A DNA stretch of 64,000 nucleotides from Gammaproteobacteria bacterium. GTDB lineage: Bacteria > Pseudomonadota > Gammaproteobacteria > Steroidobacterales > Steroidobacteraceae. Both the position numbers and the translations under genes were made by a program. The notes under the pieces were generated by a model that searched no databases, was not told the origin of the DNA, and saw only the letters and a program-made list of their open reading frames with translations. Below are positions 1 through 8,980 of the stretch, piece by piece. The stretch's first letter is position 1, and each line of letters begins with the position of its first letter. The stretch spans positions 1,093 to 65,092 of the forward strand of contig JAQGOC010000273.1 of NCBI GenBank assembly GCA_028293805.1. The letters are read 5' to 3'.

Positions 1-1
1 G

Positions 2-571
2 CAACTCGGCGGCGGCTGCTCGATCACCGCGCTCGATAGGGGGCGGCCCGTCGATCACTCGATGGGCTTCTCGCCCCTGGAAGGACTCGTCATGGCCACG
101 AGGTCCGGAGATGTGGATCCCGCGATCCTGCCCTATCTGCAACGCCGGCTGCAGGTGACGAGCGACCGCGTCATCGAGCTGTTGAATTGCGAGTCCGGAC
201 TGGTCGGTATCGCCGGCGAAAGCAATCCTGGTGAGCTGCTGGCCGATTCCGCACCACAATCGCAGTTCGCGGTCGAGCTCTACTGCTATCGGCTTCGTAA
301 ATACATCGGGGCGTATTTCGCGGTGCTCGGCGGATGCGACGGGATCGTCTTTGGCGGCGGTGTCGGCGAACATGTTCCTGGCGTGCGCCAACGCGCCCTC
401 GCCGGGATGGGCTGGGCCGGAGTCATGTTGGACCCCGCCGCCAACGACGCCGCGCGAGGGGCTGAAGCCGCGATCCAGTCGGCCCGCAGTACCGTCCGTG
501 TGCAGGTAATCCCGGTTGAGGAGGAACTGGTGCTCGTGCGGGAGACCGAGACCGTCATGGGGACGACTTAG
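2..571 (+). CDS. ackA: acetate/propionate kinase, C-terminal part (5' end lies outside the window)
   Basis: The frame is open from the window edge (..QLGGGCSITALDRGRPVDHSMGFSPLEGLVMATRSGDVDPAI..). This matches the conserved acetate-kinase block [22 protein letters not shown]. The ORF-track entry 62..571 is the in-frame tail. Confidence 0.85.
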   Translation, partial: QLGGGCSITALDRGRPVDHSMGFSPLEGLVMATRSGDVDPAILPYLQRRLQVTSDRVIELLNCESGLVGIAGESNPGELLADSAPQSQFAVELYCYRLRKYIGAYFAVLGGCDGIVFGGGVGEHVPGVRQRALAGMGWAGVMLDPAANDAARGAEAAIQSARSTVRVQVIPVEEELVLVRETETVMGTT

Positions 572-717
572 TCGGTGGCGGGCCGCATCGGGCCTTGCGG
601 GCACGATGCTTGCCTCCATATTGGGAGGCGGCGGCTTGGGCACGAGCCTCGCTGTTTCCAGTACATGTGCGAGAATTCGAGCGATCTTTCACGATAATCG
701 ATCTCAGGAGCGCTGCT

Positions 718-1011
718 ATGACTCAATCCTTCGATACGGGGAAACTGGCCGACGATCTACATTCATTGGTCAGCGACGCCGAAGCGCTGCTCCGGGCCAC
801 CGCCGGACAAGCCGGCGAGAAAGCCTCCGAAGCCCGGGAGCGTGCCGAGGAATCTTTGCAGGCACTACGTGACCGTCTGGCCGGGCTGGAGGACTTGGTG
901 AAGGGGCGCGCCAAGCAGGTAGACGGCTACGTGCGCGACAACCCGTGGCAGGCCCTCGCGGTCGCGGGCGGAGTGGCGCTGCTAGTCGGGATCTTGATGG
1001 GACGCAAATAG
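718..1011 (+). CDS. DUF883 / ElaB-YqjD family tail-anchored membrane protein
   Basis: Internal ATG of ORF 595..1011. The sequence MTQSFDTGKLADDLHSLVSDAEALL...VRDNPWQALAVAGGVALLVGILMGRK shows the typical ElaB/YqjD layout: a coiled N-terminal part, the NPW motif and a C-terminal TM anchor. Confidence 0.75.
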   Translation: MTQSFDTGKLADDLHSLVSDAEALLRATAGQAGEKASEARERAEESLQALRDRLAGLEDLVKGRAKQVDGYVRDNPWQALAVAGGVALLVGILMGRK

Positions 1012-1421
1012 TGGACGAGCGCGCGCCGGCCACCGATACGGAGGCGATGGAAGCGGGCTCGCACATCGGTGCGCTACGCGGACTGTTCGCTGCCGGATTG
1101 GATGCTCTCAGGACGCGGCTGGACCTGGCTACCGTCGAAGTCGAGCTCTATCTGCTGCGCGTCGTGCGGATGCTCCTGTGGGCCCTGGCCGCGCTCGCCT
1201 GCGCCCTCCTCGCGCTCGTCTTCGGACTGGTCAGCGTGGTAGTGGCATTGTGGGATACTCATCGGATGGCGGGATTGCTCGGGGGCACGCTGTTGTTCGT
1301 GGTCCTGGCCGTCATTTTCGGGGCCGTCGGCGCACGCACGTTCCGTCAGCGGCCCAGCATTCTCGACGGAACGCTCGAGCAGCTCGAACACGATCACCGC
1401 GACGTGAAGGGAATACCATGA
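1011..1421 (+). CDS. YqjE-like inner-membrane protein (DUF1469; often annotated phage holin family)
   Basis: A GTG overlaps the upstream TAG (alternative ATG at 1047). TRLDLATVEVELYLLRVVRMLLWALAAL followed by two hydrophobic helices resembles E. coli YqjE. The gene sits between the YqjD-like and YqjK-like genes. Confidence 0.6.
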   Translation: MDERAPATDTEAMEAGSHIGALRGLFAAGLDALRTRLDLATVEVELYLLRVVRMLLWALAALACALLALVFGLVSVVVALWDTHRMAGLLGGTLLFVVLAVIFGAVGARTFRQRPSILDGTLEQLEHDHRDVKGIP

Positions 1422-1744
1422 ATCGGATGCAAGAGCTCGAAGCACGCCGGCGTGCCCTTCTCGCGCGAATCGACGAGCAACGGGCGGAGATCGTGTATCG
1501 CTTCGAACAGATACGGCCCGCAACGCAGGTCGCCAATTGGGCCGGAGGCGCCGCTTCGGGCTCGCCCGCCAGCCATCCGCTCGCGTGGCTTGCCGGCCTC
1601 GCAGGGCTGGTCGTAATGTTGCGGCCGCGCAAGCTGCTGTCGTGGGTTACCTTCGCTAGCGGAGTGCTTTCGCTCGTCTCCCGCGCAGGAACCATCCTGC
1701 GGCTACTTGCGACGCTACGAGCGCTACGCGCCGGCTTTCGCTGA
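1418..1744 (+). CDS. YqjK-like membrane protein
   Basis: The ATG overlaps the upstream stop (ATGA). MNRMQELEARRRALLARIDEQRAEI plus a C-terminal hydrophobic segment resembles YqjK. Third gene of the trio. Confidence 0.5.
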   Translation: MNRMQELEARRRALLARIDEQRAEIVYRFEQIRPATQVANWAGGAASGSPASHPLAWLAGLAGLVVMLRPRKLLSWVTFASGVLSLVSRAGTILRLLATLRALRAGFR

Positions 1745-1751
1745 CCGACCG

Positions 1752-2762
1752 TCAGTTCGGTGGTGTCGCCGCGGCGGTCGGCGGCGCCGGGCCCGTTGTG
1801 GGCGCGGCCGGGTCGCCCGTAGCGGGATCCAGGTCGGCTTGCAACCCGACTACGGTCGGAATGCCATTCGCTGCCTGCAGCGTCTCTTTCGCAAAGTCCC
1901 AATGAATGGCGGCAGTACTGTTGCCTAGCGCCTTGTCGAGCCGCTCCGACAGCTGCTGCAGATCCGGCTCGGCCGTCGTCTGCCCTTCCGCATCGACCGG
2001 CGGATGCACTTCGAGCAGCAACTCGCCGTCGACGTAGGCAACCTTGACGGGCTCATTGATGAGCCAGACTTTCGTCCCCGTCGGGATCAGCGGGAACAAC
2101 GCGGCGACATCCTCCGGATACATACGGATACAACCGTGCGTGATCGCCATGCCAACAGCCATGGGATTGTTGGTGCCATGAATCAGATAGGTTCCATTGC
2201 CGGCGGCGAGGCGCATGGCGTAGTCCCCGAGCGGGTTGTCGGGGCCGGCCTTCACGACGGGCGGCAACGGATCGCCGTTCGCGATGTGCTCCTTGCGCAC
2301 GGATTCGGGCGGATACCAGTTCGGGTGCTTCTGTTTCCCGATGACGCGGGTCTCGCCGAGCGGCGTGGTCCAGTCCATCTTGCCGATGCTCACCGGGTAG
2401 GTGATCACGACCGGCTTCTCCTGCTTTTTCGGCTTCGGGTAGTAGTACAGGCGATGCTCGGGCAGGTTGACTACGATACCTTCGCGCGGGCCAGGCGGCA
2501 GAATCCGCCTGCCCGGCAGCATGATGTCGGACCCCTCGCCCGGCAACCACATGTCGACGCCAGGATTCGCACGAATGATCTCGTAGTAACCCAGGCTGTT
2601 GCGCCGTGCGATATCCAGCAGTGTGTCCTGGTACGTCGTTTTCATCCGGGCATCGGCGCCGACCACGGACGACCCATCAGTGGGCAGTTCGTAGACCGCC
2701 GCCTGGCTCGCGGCAGTGAAAAGGGAGGCAAACAGCAGCAGGAAGACCGGCGCGCGTATCAT
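1752..2762 (-). CDS. L,D-transpeptidase (YkuD domain) with signal peptide and LysM-like segment
   Basis: Signal peptide MIRAPVFLLLFASLFTAASQA. LysM-like DTLLDIARRNSLGYYEIIRANPGVD. Catalytic block YLIHGTNNPMAVGMAITHGCIRMYPEDV (His...Cys of YkuD). Confidence 0.85.
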   Translation of the reverse strand: MIRAPVFLLLFASLFTAASQAAVYELPTDGSSVVGADARMKTTYQDTLLDIARRNSLGYYEIIRANPGVDMWLPGEGSDIMLPGRRILPPGPREGIVVNLPEHRLYYYPKPKKQEKPVVITYPVSIGKMDWTTPLGETRVIGKQKHPNWYPPESVRKEHIANGDPLPPVVKAGPDNPLGDYAMRLAAGNGTYLIHGTNNPMAVGMAITHGCIRMYPEDVAALFPLIPTGTKVWLINEPVKVAYVDGELLLEVHPPVDAEGQTTAEPDLQQLSERLDKALGNSTAAIHWDFAKETLQAANGIPTVVGLQADLDPATGDPAAPTTGPAPPTAAATPPN

Positions 2763-2954
2763 GTTATTTCTACCAAAGATTCGTATCCCTTTGATTTACC
2801 TTGGGGTTATCACCCAAGCCTCGCCGTCTCGTTACACGGCGCCTGCATTGTAGACAACTGCGCGCCGCGGGCGTTCGAAAATGCGTCGGGCATCACTCTT
2901 GCTGTGCACCTCCCAACCGAGCATCGAATCGTTCGTCATCAGAGGTCATGTGCC

Positions 2955-3287
2955 ATGCGCTCCTTCATGAAGCTTTCCACTGCCGCAGCGATCGCGCTGT
3001 TCTCCGTCGCGGGTTGCAAAGTCATGCATCACGAGGAGACGGCAGGCCAGTATGTCGACGACACGACGTTGACCGCACGCGCCAAGGCGGCCTTGATCAA
3101 AGACAAGGAAGTCAACTCGAGCGACTTCAGCGTCCAGGTCTACCAGGGTCACGTAACGTTGACGGGCGTGGCTAAAACCCCAATCGAAGCCAAGAGGGCC
3201 GTGGAAGATATTCGCAGCATCGACGGCGTGAAGAGCGTCAAGAACGACGTTCGCATCGCTTCGGCCGACAACAGCTCTCCCCGATAG
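2955..3287 (+). CDS. BON-domain lipoprotein (OsmY-like)
   Basis: Internal ATG of ORF 2004..3287. Lipobox LFSVAGC. BON pattern DDTTLTARAKAALIKDKEV...VQVYQGHVTLTGVAKTPIEAKRAVEDIRSIDGVKSVKNDV. Confidence 0.8.
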   Translation: MRSFMKLSTAAAIALFSVAGCKVMHHEETAGQYVDDTTLTARAKAALIKDKEVNSSDFSVQVYQGHVTLTGVAKTPIEAKRAVEDIRSIDGVKSVKNDVRIASADNSSPR

Positions 3288-3314
3288 CCCAACACTGAGT
3301 AAGATGCGGGCTCG

Positions 3315-3926
3315 GTGAACCGAGCCCGCAAACTACCCCGCGAATTTTACGCCCGCGGCACTCTCACGATTGCCCGCGAGCTCATCGGCATGCATCTCGT
3401 GCACGATGACGGCGCCACCCTCCGTATAGGACGCATCGTCGAAACCGAGGCCTACCGGGGGCCGCAGGACCTCGCAGCGCACTCCTCTCGCGGCCGAACG
3501 GCGCGCACCGAAGTCATGTTCGGCGCACCGGGACATGCGTATGTCTATCTCATTTACGGCTTCTGGAATTGCCTGAACGTCGTCACATCAGCGCCAGGTG
3601 TGCCGCACGCGGTGCTGTTGCGTGCGCTCGAGCCGGTTGCGGGAATTACGGATAAAACGTGGGGGCCCGGCCTGTGTTGCCGTGCAATGAACATCGATCG
3701 GCGCCTGAACGGCGCCGATCTGTGTGGCAACGAGCTGTGGCTCGAGCGGCCACCGGGTAATGTCAAGCCGCCGCGGATCGGCCGCAGCGCGCGCATCGGC
3801 GTGGACTATGCGGGCGACTGGGCCAAACGCCCCTGGCGATTTTTCGACAGCGCCTCGTCGTACGTGTCGACCGTTCCGGCGCGAATGAGACGCAGGCAAA
3901 GTAAAGTCGACGGCCCTGAGCGATAA
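3315..3926 (+). CDS. DNA-3-methyladenine glycosylase (Mpg/AAG family)
   Basis: LPREFYARGTLTIARELIGMHLV...GRIVETEAYRGPQDLAAHSSRGRTARTEVMFGAPGHAYVYLIYG matches the conserved Mpg core (ETEAY, H-S, YVY-IYG). GTG start. Confidence 0.85.
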   Translation: MNRARKLPREFYARGTLTIARELIGMHLVHDDGATLRIGRIVETEAYRGPQDLAAHSSRGRTARTEVMFGAPGHAYVYLIYGFWNCLNVVTSAPGVPHAVLLRALEPVAGITDKTWGPGLCCRAMNIDRRLNGADLCGNELWLERPPGNVKPPRIGRSARIGVDYAGDWAKRPWRFFDSASSYVSTVPARMRRRQSKVDGPER

Positions 3927-4025
3927 TCAGTCGCGCCATGCGCCGCCGCGCTGGCCGCCGCGCTGAACGAATGCCGCGGCGGGGCGTCAAAGCCTGCGGT
4001 CCGAAAACACTCGGAAGGGAAATCA

Positions 4026-4673
4026 ATGTCAACTCGCGCCTGGTTCGTCGCTCTGGCCCTTTTCGTCCTGTCGGTGCCGCTGCGCGCCGAGGTCGCAGCG
4101 GATCAGGGCTACCGGCTCCTGGATCCGCCGCAACACGCCGACACCCCCGGCAAGATCGAGGTCATCGAATTCTTCTCCTACGGGTGTCCCCACTGCAATG
4201 AGTTCTATCCCCTGGTGACCGCGTGGGCCGCGAAATTGCCCAAAGACGTGGTCTTCAAGCGGGTCGCGACGGGCATGGGCCGTACGGCCTGGACGAATCT
4301 CGCCAAGACGTATTACACGTTGGAAACCACTGGCGATCTGGCAAGACTCGACGGCCCGCTCTTTCATGCCATTCATGAGGAGCATCTGCCGCTGTTCGAT
4401 GAAAAGAGCATCACCGAATGGGTTGGCAAACATGGAGTGGATACGGCGAAGTTCACCACTGCCTTCGAATCGTTCGGCGTGAACACCAGAGTCAGCCAGG
4501 CCGAGCGGCTGCTCGAGAACTACAAGGTGGAGGGCGTTCCGACACTGGCCGTCGGCGGCAAGTACGTGGTCCTCGGAAACTCCTTCGAGCAGATCCTATC
4601 CAACGCCGACGCGGCGGTGGCCAAGGCTCGCTCCGAGCGCGCAGTGAGCGCGCCGACTGCGAGCGGCAAATAG
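4026..4673 (+). CDS. dsbA: thiol:disulfide interchange protein DsbA
   Basis: Signal peptide followed by the thioredoxin active site FFSYGCPHCNEF, and a DsbA-like length of 215 aa. Confidence 0.9.
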   Translation: MSTRAWFVALALFVLSVPLRAEVAADQGYRLLDPPQHADTPGKIEVIEFFSYGCPHCNEFYPLVTAWAAKLPKDVVFKRVATGMGRTAWTNLAKTYYTLETTGDLARLDGPLFHAIHEEHLPLFDEKSITEWVGKHGVDTAKFTTAFESFGVNTRVSQAERLLENYKVEGVPTLAVGGKYVVLGNSFEQILSNADAAVAKARSERAVSAPTASGK

Positions 4674-4764
4674 CTGTCCCTAGCCGGCGGGTGCGGTCAA
4701 ACCGCCGGCGGGCCGCTTGCGCGCCCGGCGCAAAGATCCGTTCGCGCATGCGCGCATGCGTCTC

Positions 4765-5019
4765 TCAGGCGTAATGCCAATACGCCCGGCTCACGCAGGG
4801 CATTTCGCCAAGCTTCGCCGCGATGAGGGTAAGACGCGACTCGTCGAGCCCCATTACATCGAGCTGGATGCTGAGCAGATCGCTGCTTGTGAATTCGGCG
4901 ATGACGCGGCGGGGCAGGACGCCGAGATTATGAAACCGTTCGAGGACGCGCAGCAGCGCGCCGGCATCGGCCTCGGCTACGACCCGCAGGCGCAGCAATG
5001 AAACATGATCGACTCCCAT
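4765..5019 (-). CDS. small hypothetical protein, ACT-like pattern
   Basis: 84-aa ORF with high third-position GC. The alternating pattern LLRLRVVAEADAGALLRVLERFHNLGVLPRRVIAEF...LSIQLDV resembles a small ACT-type regulatory domain. Not verified. Confidence 0.45.
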   Translation of the reverse strand: MGVDHVSLLRLRVVAEADAGALLRVLERFHNLGVLPRRVIAEFTSSDLLSIQLDVMGLDESRLTLIAAKLGEMPCVSRAYWHYA

Positions 5020-5250
5020 GATTCCCGACTCCTCAGCAGCCCATTCTCCAGACGAATACCCCCAGGGACTTTCGCTGCGGCGCGCCTGCGCTGCGCGACA
5101 GCCAGCCTGGTAATTCGTCCAAGATCGAGCAGGGGAAGGGTCATGAGTTGCGAGTCACCTTTCTTCGATGAAGGATCGCCCGAACACGCAGCCACTGTCA
5201 ACGGCGCGGCGAGGAACCCTCGGGCTTGCAATCCGGGCCGCCCGGTCGTC

Positions 5251-7305
5251 TCACGGCGTTGGGGTCGGAGCAAGCTCCAGTAGCTCGCTACCTTCCGGAA
5301 CCCGCTCGCCGCGGGCGAAGTGAATGATTTTCACCGTTCCGTCATACGGAGCCGTAATGGCATGCTCCATTTTCATGGCTTCGATCATCATCAGCACGTC
5401 GCCTGCTCTCACCGCCTGCCCTATTTCGACGGCAATAGCCGCTACCACTCCTGGCAGCGGCGTGGTCAGGCCGCCTTGCGTCGCAGTGGCGGAAAACTCC
5501 AGCAGGCGGGGATCTTCGAGCATGAAGTCAACATGCTCGCCCGCGCTCCACAGGTGAAGGTGGGAGCCCTCCACGAGGCAACGTGCGTGTGCGCGCACAG
5601 TTTCGATGCAGGCGGCGATGACGCCGTCCGTCAACGACACATCCGCAACATTCCAACGGGTTTGCGCATTTACCGTAACGGACACCGGCTTGCCGCGCGT
5701 GAACTCGATTTCTGCGGTGTAGCTACGGCCGCGCCACGACATCTTGTATTCAATGCGCGCCGAAAGGTTGGGGACGAATCCATCCCGGGCGTCCCAGGGA
5801 CTGGCGGCACGTTCCACGCTTCGACTCCCCCCTGATGCGCCCGCCTCATGCCCAGCTGGCGCGGAAGCTTTGGTCGACAACAGGTCCGACGCCGGAGCAG
5901 TGTGCGCCAGCAGCGCGGCCAGCACGACAGTCTGTGGCGCTGCCTCGGCGGCTCCAACGAACTCGTGGGCGTTCTCCTGCAGCAAGGCGATGCTGTGCCG
6001 GACCTCGAGGAAACGGGGCGACCGCAGTACGCGGCTCAACCATTTTTCGTTCGTATGCACGCCAACGCAGTAAGTGCGGTCGAGAGCGGCCGACAGTCGA
6101 GAGGCTGCCTGTGTACGCTCCGGAGCCCAGGCGATCACCTTACCGAGCAGCGAATCATAGGTGGGGGGAACCACATCCCCTGTGACGAAGCCGGCGTCCA
6201 CACGAACGGACTCTTCGGTCGGCCATTGCATGAGCCGCAGCTCGCCAGCGCTCGGCAGAAAATCGCGCTCGGGATCTTCCGCGCAGACGCGAGCTTCGAT
6301 CGCGTGCCCGTGCAGTCTGATGTCAGCCTGCGAAAGTGGCAGTGCCTCCCCGCTTGCGACGCGCAGCTGCCATTCCACGAGGTCGAGACCCGTAACCGCT
6401 TCCGTCACGGTGTGCTCCACCTGCAGCCGCGTATTCATTTCCATGAAATAGAACTCACCACCGTCGAAGAGGAATTCGACGGTGCCGGCGCTCACATAGC
6501 CGATTTCGCGCGCGACCAACACCGCGGCCGCCCGCATCCGGGTACGGACGTCAGCGGCAATGCCCGGCGCGGGTGCTTCCTCGATCAGCTTCTGATGGCG
6601 GCGTTGGATCGAGCAGTCCCGATCCCCGAGGTGCACGAAGTTGCCCTGGCCGTCCGCAAAGACCTGCACTTCGACATGCCGGGGAGCAGGCAGATATCTT
6701 TCGAGCAGCAAGGCGTCATCGCCGAAAGCGCTCTCGGCGAGCCGTCGCGCTCCGGCAAGTGCCGCGCCGAGCTCGGCCTCCTGCCGCACGATCTTCATGC
6801 CCTTGCCGCCGCCACCGGCGGCGGGCTTGATGATCAGCGGGAGGCCCAACTTCAGCGCCTCGCTCTCCAGATGCTTCAGATCCTGGCGCGAGCCTTCGTA
6901 GCCGGGCAGCACCGGAACGCCGGCGGCGCGCATGCGCGCCTTCGCCACGATCTTCGATCCCATTGCGGCAATGGCCGCGGCGGGCGGCCCCACGAATACG
7001 AGTCCCGCCTCCGCGCACGCCTGCGCGAATTGAGAGTTTTCCGATAGAAACCCGTATCCCGGATGAATCGCCTCCGCACCGGTGGCGCGCGCGGCTGCGA
7101 GAATCCGCTCGATGCTGAGATAACTTTCACGCGGTGCGGCGGGTCCGATCCGAAAGGCTTCGTCCGCCTCCCGGACATGCCGCGCATTCGGCTCCGCATC
7201 GGAGAACACGGCGATCGTGCGCACGCCGAAACGGCGCGCTGTACGGAAGATGCGGCAGGCGATCTCGCCGCGATTCGCGACCAGGAGGCTCTTGATCACG
7301 CGCAA
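5251..7305 (-). CDS. liuD: methylcrotonyl-CoA carboxylase alpha subunit (biotin carboxylase + biotinyl carrier domain)
   Basis: The N-terminal LLVANRGEIACRIFRTARR...HPGYGFLSEN indicates a biotin carboxylase ATP-grasp domain. C-terminal biotinylation motif IEAMKMEH. The gene lies 6 nt after the carboxyltransferase gene and next to isovaleryl-CoA dehydrogenase. Confidence 0.85.
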   Translation of the reverse strand: MRVIKSLLVANRGEIACRIFRTARRFGVRTIAVFSDAEPNARHVREADEAFRIGPAAPRESYLSIERILAAARATGAEAIHPGYGFLSENSQFAQACAEAGLVFVGPPAAAIAAMGSKIVAKARMRAAGVPVLPGYEGSRQDLKHLESEALKLGLPLIIKPAAGGGGKGMKIVRQEAELGAALAGARRLAESAFGDDALLLERYLPAPRHVEVQVFADGQGNFVHLGDRDCSIQRRHQKLIEEAPAPGIAADVRTRMRAAAVLVAREIGYVSAGTVEFLFDGGEFYFMEMNTRLQVEHTVTEAVTGLDLVEWQLRVASGEALPLSQADIRLHGHAIEARVCAEDPERDFLPSAGELRLMQWPTEESVRVDAGFVTGDVVPPTYDSLLGKVIAWAPERTQAASRLSAALDRTYCVGVHTNEKWLSRVLRSPRFLEVRHSIALLQENAHEFVGAAEAAPQTVVLAALLAHTAPASDLLSTKASAPAGHEAGASGGSRSVERAASPWDARDGFVPNLSARIEYKMSWRGRSYTAEIEFTRGKPVSVTVNAQTRWNVADVSLTDGVIAACIETVRAHARCLVEGSHLHLWSAGEHVDFMLEDPRLLEFSATATQGGLTTPLPGVVAAIAVEIGQAVRAGDVLMMIEAMKMEHAITAPYDGTVKIIHFARGERVPEGSELLELAPTPTP

Positions 7306-7311
7306 CGACTC

Positions 7312-8916
7312 CTACATCCGGAACAGGCCGAAGCGGGTTTCCTGCTCCGGTGCGTTGCGAACCGTGGCAAGGCAAAGGCTCAGCACGCGTCGCGTTTCGA
7401 TCGGGTCGATCACACCGTCGTCCCAAAGACGCGCGGAGGCGTAGTAAGGATGTCCCTGGCGCTCGTACTGCTCGCGGATCGGGTCCTTGAAGGCTTCTTC
7501 GTCCGCAACAGGCCATTCGCGAGCGCCGCTTTTCATCTGGTCGCGCTTGACGGTGGCGAGCACACTCGCCGCCTGCTCGCCGCCCATGACGGAAATTCGC
7601 GCGTTGGGCCATTGGAACAGGAAACGGGGGGAGTACGCTCGACCGCACATCGCGTAATTTCCAGCTCCGTAACTGCCACCAATGATGACGGTGAGTTTCG
7701 GGACATTGGCGCATGCCACCGCGGTCACGAGCTTTGCACCATCCTTTGCGATGCCGCCCGCCTCCGCACGCTTGCCTACCATGAAGCCTGTGATGTTCTG
7801 CAGGAACAGCAGCGGTATCTGTTCCCGTGAGCAGAACTCCACGAAGTGCGCACCCTTCAGCGCGCTCTCCGAGAATAGAATGCCGTTGTTGGCCAGGATG
7901 CCGACAGGATATCCGCCGATGTGCGCGAAGCCGCACACGAGCGTAGTTCCATACAGTTCCTTGAATTCATCGAACTCCGAGCCATCCACGAGTCGCGCGA
8001 TGACTTCACGGACGTCGTACGGCTTGCGCAGACTCGCGGGGACCACGCCATAGAGCTCGGCGGAGTCGTACCGCGGTTCAGTGGGATCCCGCGGCGGCCT
8101 CGTGTCGGAACCAGCCTTCAGCCTCCCCACGATCCGGCGCGCGATCGAGAGCGCATGCGTGTCATTTTCGGCGTAGTGATCGCAAACTCCCGATTCACGG
8201 CAATGTACGTCGGCGCCGCCGAGCGATTCCGCGTCGATGTCTTCGCCCGTCGCGGCCTTGACGAGCGGGGGGCCTCCCAGAAAAACCCGTCCCTGATTGC
8301 GTACGATCACGTTCTCGTCCGACATTGCCGGAACATAAGCGCCGCCGGCCGTACAGGAGCCGTGCACCACCGCGATTTGCGCGATGCCAGCCGCTGACAG
8401 CGTCGCTTGGTTGTAGAAAATGCGGCCGAAGTGCTCCCGATCCGGGAACACCTCATCCTGGGCCGGCAGGAAGGCGCCCCCACTCTCGACGAGATAGACG
8501 CAGGGGAGCCGGTTTTCGCGCGCGATCTCCTGCGCCCGCAGATGCTTCTTTACCGTGAGCGGATAGTACGTCCCACCCTTTACCGTGGGATCGTTCGCGA
8601 CGATGACGCACTCTCGTCCAGCGACGCGGCCGACGCCGGTGATGATGCCCGCCGAGGCGATATCGCCTCCATACATGCCGTGAGCGGCGAGCTGCGAGAA
8701 CTCGAGAAACGGGCTACCGGTGTCCAAAAGCACGCGGACGCGCTCTCGGGCCGTGAGCTTCCCGGCCGCCTTGTGCTTCTCCGCAGCCGCTTTCGAGCCG
8801 CCCTGCGCGACCCGCTCGGCTTCGCGCCGCATGTCGCCAGCCACGGCTTGCATCGCACGCTCGTTGTCGCGGAAACCCTCGGAATGAACATCGATCCGGG
8901 TGGAAAGACGAGGCAT
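7312..8916 (-). CDS. liuB: methylcrotonyl-CoA carboxylase beta subunit (carboxyltransferase)
   Basis: 534 aa with ...[26 protein letters not shown]...[14 protein letters not shown]... and the C-terminal ...[15 protein letters not shown], typical of the MCC/PCC carboxyltransferase family. Context with liuD and liuA supports the call. Confidence 0.85.
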   Translation of the reverse strand: MPRLSTRIDVHSEGFRDNERAMQAVAGDMRREAERVAQGGSKAAAEKHKAAGKLTARERVRVLLDTGSPFLEFSQLAAHGMYGGDIASAGIITGVGRVAGRECVIVANDPTVKGGTYYPLTVKKHLRAQEIARENRLPCVYLVESGGAFLPAQDEVFPDREHFGRIFYNQATLSAAGIAQIAVVHGSCTAGGAYVPAMSDENVIVRNQGRVFLGGPPLVKAATGEDIDAESLGGADVHCRESGVCDHYAENDTHALSIARRIVGRLKAGSDTRPPRDPTEPRYDSAELYGVVPASLRKPYDVREVIARLVDGSEFDEFKELYGTTLVCGFAHIGGYPVGILANNGILFSESALKGAHFVEFCSREQIPLLFLQNITGFMVGKRAEAGGIAKDGAKLVTAVACANVPKLTVIIGGSYGAGNYAMCGRAYSPRFLFQWPNARISVMGGEQAASVLATVKRDQMKSGAREWPVADEEAFKDPIREQYERQGHPYYASARLWDDGVIDPIETRRVLSLCLATVRNAPEQETRFGLFRM

Positions 8917-8936
8917 CGCTTGTCACAGTTGCCGGT

Positions 8937-8960
8937 TTGTCCGACAATCATACGATCGTA
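8937..8960. promoter_or_regulatory. two palindromes in the 64-bp divergent liuB/liuA intergenic region (candidate GntR-family operator)
   Basis: TTGTCCGACAA (8937-8947) is a perfect palindrome of the GntR-type T.GT..AC.A form. TACGATCGTA (8951-8960) is a perfect 10-bp palindrome. A GntR regulator is encoded at the end of the same operon. Confidence 0.35.
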
Positions 8961-8980
8961 CTGAATGGGAAGGCAAGCTC

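Noticed and set aside
2004-3287. 427-aa ORF in the track
   Set aside because: Only its last 111 codons (the BON lipoprotein, from the ATG at 2955) look real. The upstream part runs antisense to the L,D-transpeptidase gene and is a typical high-GC open frame.
5848-7047. 399-aa plus-strand ORF
   Set aside because: It runs antisense to the well-supported MCC alpha gene. The Arg/Gly/His-rich composition is typical of shadow ORFs in GC-rich DNA.
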